Part shown: one piece after another, positions 59,437 to 64,000 of the stretch
Numbering within the stretch: position 1 is the stretch's first letter
Layout of the letters: each line of letters opens with the position of its first letter
Notes under the pieces: generated by a model
Database searches by the model: none
Told to the model about the DNA's origin: nothing
What the model saw: only the letters and a program-made list of their open reading frames with translations
Made by a program: the position numbers and the translations under genes
Assembly (NCBI GenBank): GCA_039028255.1
Contig: JBCCIK010000002.1
Location: 1,183-65,182, forward strand
DNA from: Pseudomonadota bacterium
GTDB taxonomy: Bacteria; Pseudomonadota; Alphaproteobacteria; Rhodobacterales; Rhodobacteraceae
Direction: 5' to 3'
DNA: 64,000 nucleotides

Positions 59437-61581
59437 GTGGATCGGTCAGAGTGGCAGTTCGACGGCGCGCCGCCCGATGCGCTGGTCAGTGCGATAGCAG
59501 CCTGCATGCGGATGCGCGGTCGCGATATCGCAAGTGAGGTTCTGACCAAAGGGTATCCTGTGGACAGGTTTGGCCATCTGACACCGCCGCAAGCGGTCAA
59601 GGCTATCGAAGCGCAGGGCTTTCGCGCGCAGCTGTCACGCCGCGATCTGCGCGACATTCCCAACTCGGTCCTGCCTGTGGTGTTGTTTCTGTCCGGGCGC
59701 GATGCCTGTGTGCTTACCGCCCTAAAGGGTGAAGAAGCATCTGTTCTTTGGCCGGGACGGTCCGGTGATGTTTTGACACTGCCGATGTCCGAAATATCCG
59801 GGGCCTATGCCGGTCATGCCATCCTGATGCAAACCGACATCGAAACCGAGGACGTCGGAACCGGTCCGGCCCGGACCGGTCACTGGTACTGGAGCGTCGT
59901 CAACCGGTTCTGGCCGGACTATATGCAGGTGATCCTGGCTTCGGCGATGATCAACACGCTGGCCTTGGCCGTGCCGCTGTTTACGATGAATGTTTACGAT
60001 CGTGTGTTTCCCAATGCAGCCATCGTAACGCTTTGGTCCCTGGTTGTGGGAGTTGGATTGGCGCTTGTGCTGGATGCCGCCCTGAAATGGGTCAGGGCCC
60101 GGGTTGTCGATACGGTATCGCGCCGGGTTGATCTTGCGGTTTCATCGGACATCTTCCGACACATTGCCGATCTGCGGCTTGAGTCGCAGGTGCACCCGTC
60201 GGGTGGACTGATCAACAACCTGAAAGACTATGAGCAAGTGCGGGATTTTTTTTCGTCCCAAACTCTGGCATCGCTGACCGATTTGATTTTTGCGGCCCTG
60301 TTCATCGGCGTCATCGCCTATATCGGAGGCCCGCTGGCCTGGCCGCCGACGCTGGCCCTGGTGTGTGTTTTGATCATGGGTCTGGTGATCCTGTTGCCAT
60401 TGCGCAAAGCGTCACAGGCGGATCGTCAGTCCACGGGCATCCGCAATGCGGTGGCCGTCGAGGCCGTGACCGATCTGGAAACGCTCAAGGCGGTATCAGG
60501 GCAAAGCCGGATGCAGACGCGTTGGGAACAGATGGTTTCAGAATCGTCCAGAACGCAAGAACGCAGCCGCCGGCTGGCAACCTTCGCAACGACGGTAACC
60601 GGGTTTGCCCAGCAGTTGTCGTCCATCGGGATTGTGGTCATCGGGGTTTATCTTGCGCTTGAAGGCAATCTGACAATGGGCGCCGTGATCGCCGCAATGA
60701 TCCTGTCGGGTCGGGCGATGGCACCAACCGCCGCGCTGTCGGGTTTGTTTGTTCGTGCCAGCTTTGCGATTGAAACGCTCAAAGGGCTGAACGCGCTTAT
60801 GGCACAGCCGTCGGACACGGGGATGGCGGGTGCGGCTTTGAACACACCTGCGCAGGACGGGGCGTTCGAATTGCGGGATGTGGCGCTGACATATCCGGGT
60901 GCCAGCGTTGCGGCGCTGACGGATGTGTCCTTTGCCACCGAGCCAAAGGCGCGGATCGGCGTCATTGGCCCGGTTGGGGCTGGCAAGACCAGTCTGGTGC
61001 GGGTGCTTTCGGGCCTTTTTGCACCAACCGAAGGCATGGTGCTTTTGGATGGTCTGAACATGGCGCAACTGGCCCCCGCCCGTGTGCGCAAGGATATCCA
61101 GCTTGTCCCGCAGGACGCGGTTCTGTTTTCCGGGACCCTGGCCGAAAACATTGCGTTCGGGGTGCCGCATGCAACGGACGAAGACGTTCTGAGGGTCGCC
61201 CGGCTGGCTGGTGTCGACCGCATTGCCGCAGCACATCCTCAGGGGTTCGGGATGGCGATCACCGAGCGCGGGCGAAATCTGTCCGGTGGCCAAAGGCAGC
61301 TTGTGGCGCTGGCCCGGGCGTTGCTGCCGCGCCCGAAAGTGCTGATCCTGGACGAGCCTACATCGTCGATGGACACACAGACCGAGCAGATGTTTGTTCA
61401 AAACCTGTCTCGGGTGTTGGCCCACTGGCCTATGACGCTGATCGTTTCGACCCATCGCAGCAGTCTTTTGGGCCTTGTGGATCGGCTGATCGTGATGGAC
61501 CAGGGCAAGGTTGCCGCCATTGGTCCCAAGGCGGACATCCTGCATCAACTGGCCAAAAACAACGCCGGTGGCCCGGCATGA
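59437..61581 (+). CDS. T1SS ABC permease/ATPase (LapB/LssB-like, C39-like domain)
   Basis: LP.VL, HWYW, PLFTMNVYDRV.PN.A..TLW.L, GPVGAGKT, GRNLSGGQRQ, LDEPTSSMD; true start may be upstream (see findings). Confidence 0.93.
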   Translation: MDRSEWQFDGAPPDALVSAIAACMRMRGRDIASEVLTKGYPVDRFGHLTPPQAVKAIEAQGFRAQLSRRDLRDIPNSVLPVVLFLSGRDACVLTALKGEEASVLWPGRSGDVLTLPMSEISGAYAGHAILMQTDIETEDVGTGPARTGHWYWSVVNRFWPDYMQVILASAMINTLALAVPLFTMNVYDRVFPNAAIVTLWSLVVGVGLALVLDAALKWVRARVVDTVSRRVDLAVSSDIFRHIADLRLESQVHPSGGLINNLKDYEQVRDFFSSQTLASLTDLIFAALFIGVIAYIGGPLAWPPTLALVCVLIMGLVILLPLRKASQADRQSTGIRNAVAVEAVTDLETLKAVSGQSRMQTRWEQMVSESSRTQERSRRLATFATTVTGFAQQLSSIGIVVIGVYLALEGNLTMGAVIAAMILSGRAMAPTAALSGLFVRASFAIETLKGLNALMAQPSDTGMAGAALNTPAQDGAFELRDVALTYPGASVAALTDVSFATEPKARIGVIGPVGAGKTSLVRVLSGLFAPTEGMVLLDGLNMAQLAPARVRKDIQLVPQDAVLFSGTLAENIAFGVPHATDEDVLRVARLAGVDRIAAAHPQGFGMAITERGRNLSGGQRQLVALARALLPRPKVLILDEPTSSMDTQTEQMFVQNLSRVLAHWPMTLIVSTHRSSLLGLVDRLIVMDQGKVAAIGPKADILHQLAKNNAGGPA

Positions 61582-62897
61582 GCAACAGGGACTGGGAACT
61601 GGTCGATTTCGCCCAAGGTCAAGAGGCCGCCAGCCTGCGCGCGTCATCCGCGTGGGTTTTTCCGGTTCTGCTTGGGCTTGTCCTGATCGTCGGTTGCGCG
61701 GTGATCTGGGCATCGCTGGCCCGGATTGAAGAACTGGCCCGCGCCACGGGGCGTGTGGTCCCGTCGGGACAGGCGCGTGTGGTTGAAAGCCTCGAAGGCG
61801 GAATCGTGCGGGACATTTCGGTGCGCGAGGGGGATGCGGTTCTGGCCGGACAGGTTCTGGTGCGTCTGGACGATACAGGTTCGTCAGCCAATCTGGGTGA
61901 GCTGCAAGCACAGCAACAAGCGTTGCGTGCCCGGGCTTTGCGTCTTGAATCGGAATTAGCAGGATCCGCGCAGCCGGACTTCTCGGCCGCGGGCCTAGAT
62001 CCAGATGGGCCGCTTGCGGTCAGGGAAAGTGCGCTGTTTGACAGTCGGACAGCGTCATATCTGGGTCAGAGCGCGGTATTGGATGCTCAGGTACAGCAGC
62101 GCGTGCAGGAGATTGCCGAACTGAGCGCCGCCTTAGATCGCGTGGCAGAGAATCTGGCGCTTCTGGATGAAGAAATTCAGATCAAATCAGACAGTGGCAT
62201 TGTACCGCGCGCCCAGATTTTGCCGGTCGAACGCGAGCGCAGCGCTCGACGGCAGGAACGTGATGCACTGGCGGGTCGCCGGGAACAGGCGCGTGCCGCG
62301 CTGACCGAAGCCAACGCGCGGGTGGCCGAGGCGGAATTACAGCGACGCGCCGAAATCAACATCGAACGTTCGGACACTCTGAACCAGCTTAGCGTGATCG
62401 AAGAAAGCATCAAAAGCGCGACAGATGTTGTCAACCGCGCCGCCCTGCGCGCGCCGGTCGACGGGATCGTCTCAACCCTGAACGTGCACACAATCGGCGC
62501 AGTCATCGCACCGGGCGAAGAGGTTTTGCGTATTGTTCCGGCGGATGACACGCTGCTTGTCGAGGCGCGCGCAAAGCCAGAGGATGTTGCGTTTTTGCGC
62601 CCCGGTTTGCCCGCAAGCATCAAACTGACCTCGTTCGATTTCACCATCTATGGCGCTCTGGACGGGCAGGTGGCCCGTGTGGGTGCAGATGCCGAACAGG
62701 ATGAGACCACCGGAGAAGTCTATTTTCCGATCGTTGTCGAAACGCAGAACACCGCCTTGGAAAAGCACGGTCAGCAACTGGTTATTCGTCCGGGGATGGT
62801 TGCGTCGGTCGATATTCTGACCGGTGAACGCACGGTGCTGGATTACCTGCTGAAACCCTTTCGCAAGGCCAGGTTCGAGGCCATGCGCGAAAGGTGA
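61578..62897 (+). CDS. HlyD family T1SS membrane fusion protein (LapC-like)
   Basis: WA...IEE.ARATG.VVPS, SLEGGIV, RAPVDG, FDFTIYG.L.G, PGMVA.VDILTGERTVLDYLLKP. Confidence 0.95.
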   Translation: MSNRDWELVDFAQGQEAASLRASSAWVFPVLLGLVLIVGCAVIWASLARIEELARATGRVVPSGQARVVESLEGGIVRDISVREGDAVLAGQVLVRLDDTGSSANLGELQAQQQALRARALRLESELAGSAQPDFSAAGLDPDGPLAVRESALFDSRTASYLGQSAVLDAQVQQRVQEIAELSAALDRVAENLALLDEEIQIKSDSGIVPRAQILPVERERSARRQERDALAGRREQARAALTEANARVAEAELQRRAEINIERSDTLNQLSVIEESIKSATDVVNRAALRAPVDGIVSTLNVHTIGAVIAPGEEVLRIVPADDTLLVEARAKPEDVAFLRPGLPASIKLTSFDFTIYGALDGQVARVGADAEQDETTGEVYFPIVVETQNTALEKHGQQLVIRPGMVASVDILTGERTVLDYLLKPFRKARFEAMRER

Positions 62898-62903
62898 CCG
62901 ACC

Positions 62904-64000
62904 TTAAATCACGGCCGTTTGCTGCGCTCCGTCCGCGTCGTTGAAAATGACTTCGACCTGGGGTGAAAAGCCACCCGGTGCATTGACGGTGGCCACCAGC
63001 GATCCGCGTACATCCAGTTCTCCGTTTGCACCGTCATAGGTGACTTCGGACCCAAGATCGCCCGGCGCAACTGTAACCAGCGCGGTCAGGTCGATTTGAT
63101 CCCCGCCCGCCGGGCTTTCATAATCAGTGATGACATCGGATACGGTCAGATCCGTCATGACAAAGATGTCCGACCCTGCGCCACCTTCCAGCGTGTCCTG
63201 ACCGGCACCACCGATCAGCCTGTCCGCGCCGCTGCTTCCTATGGCCCAGTCGTCGCCGGAACCCAGGTCAATAGTGTAACCTAATGAACCTGCGGACAGA
63301 TCGATGAAATCGTTGCCGCCCAGCAGGCTGAAGCCTTCGATTTCGGTATATGGCGACGTGGTGTTCAGGATCACGCCATCATTTCCGGCGGTGCCCTGCG
63401 CCGTATCGGCACCCCCCGTCGCCCCCGTGACATTGTCCAACAGATCACGCGTTGCACCGCCGGGATCAGTGATCTGGGTGCCCGTCGGCTCCATTTGTAA
63501 CGTGTCGATGTTCACAGTCGCACTGGCCGGCGCGCTTGCAGGCGGGATACCGTCATCCACCACCTGATAGCTGAGCACGGGCGTCCCGGCGTAGCCGTCC
63601 GGCACGGTAACCTGAACGCCGTCCGTCTGCGGCAAAAGTCCCACATTTGCCGGATCGTTGGATGTGATGCCGGACACGCTCAGATTATCGGCGTCCGAGG
63701 CGTTGGCCAGCAGATCGGTATAGAGGATCACAAAGGTCGTTTCGGTGGATTCAACCGTCACCGGACCCGAGATTTCGGGCTGATCGTTTACATCGATACT
63801 GAATGGGACAGGGGACGAGACGCCGTGATTGGTTGCGGCGATCACTGACCCTTCGACCGCCCCCGCAAAGTCGCCGGGCAACATGATCATGACGCCCGCA
63901 ACAAGGGCTGCGAATTCTGCGGATGACAGCGACCCACGGGTCAGCGTCAGGGTCTGCCGGTCGGCGGACAGGACACCGTCCGAAACGCTGGCACCCGCTG
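62904..64000 (-). CDS. 3' end of a large RTX adhesin-like T1SS substrate (start lies beyond the window)
   Basis: Frame stays open to the window edge; cadherin-like domain (VNDQP...DLLANASDAD...SYQVVD); GGAGQDTLEGGAGSDIF; DVITDY...DQIDL. Confidence 0.88.
   Translation of the reverse strand, partial: AGASVSDGVLSADRQTLTLTRGSLSSAEFAALVAGVMIMLPGDFAGAVEGSVIAATNHGVSSPVPFSIDVNDQPEISGPVTVESTETTFVILYTDLLANASDADNLSVSGITSNDPANVGLLPQTDGVQVTVPDGYAGTPVLSYQVVDDGIPPASAPASATVNIDTLQMEPTGTQITDPGGATRDLLDNVTGATGGADTAQGTAGNDGVILNTTSPYTEIEGFSLLGGNDFIDLSAGSLGYTIDLGSGDDWAIGSSGADRLIGGAGQDTLEGGAGSDIFVMTDLTVSDVITDYESPAGGDQIDLTALVTVAPGDLGSEVTYDGANGELDVRGSLVATVNAPGGFSPQVEVIFNDADGAQQTAVI

Noticed and set aside
59437-61581. 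ABC transporter as a double-glycine peptidase for the GG-repeat protein
   Set aside because: N-terminal domain lacks the Q...DCG catalytic motif of active C39 peptidases and looks like a LapB-type inactive domain.
60538-61911. 457-aa minus-strand ORF
   Set aside because: Antisense shadow of the T1SS genes.

Overview
GC-rich alphaproteobacterial DNA, consistent with Rhodobacteraceae/Roseobacter (inferred from gene content and iron-regulatory motifs). No rRNA, tRNA, CRISPR or IS element was recognised. From left to right: (1) partial FeS-type cryptochrome/photolyase (CryB/PhrB-like) and a divergent MoxR-DUF58-DUF4381-VWA-VWA/TPR-BatD operon; (2) phosphatase-like gene, EntD-type PPTase and a divergent TonB-dependent receptor; (3) amino-acid/betaine catabolic region (GntR, DapA-family, ALDH, FAD oxidoreductase, TetR, HpbD, a second enolase-superfamily enzyme, two SDRs, MttB-family methyltransferase); (4) a ~20 kb iron island (siderophore ABC, hmuSTUV, TBDR, SIP, exbB-exbD-exbD-tonB, DUF4856-like, desaturase, DUF1289, dps) with an ICE box and Iron-Rhodo-like boxes; (5) a secreted RCC1/RTX protein; (6) the best candidate for an undescribed system, 46.6-57.0 kb: a Twitch/SPASM radical SAM enzyme, a single-module type I PKS (KS-AT-KR-ACP-O-MT) with a type II thioesterase, and four signal-less hypothetical proteins (three with related Ig-like motifs, one of them with 18 Cys, and one with GG-spaced tandem repeats); (7) OmpA, a LapEBC-like T1SS and the 3' end of a large RTX adhesin. 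All calls come from reading motifs by eye; no database searches were run.
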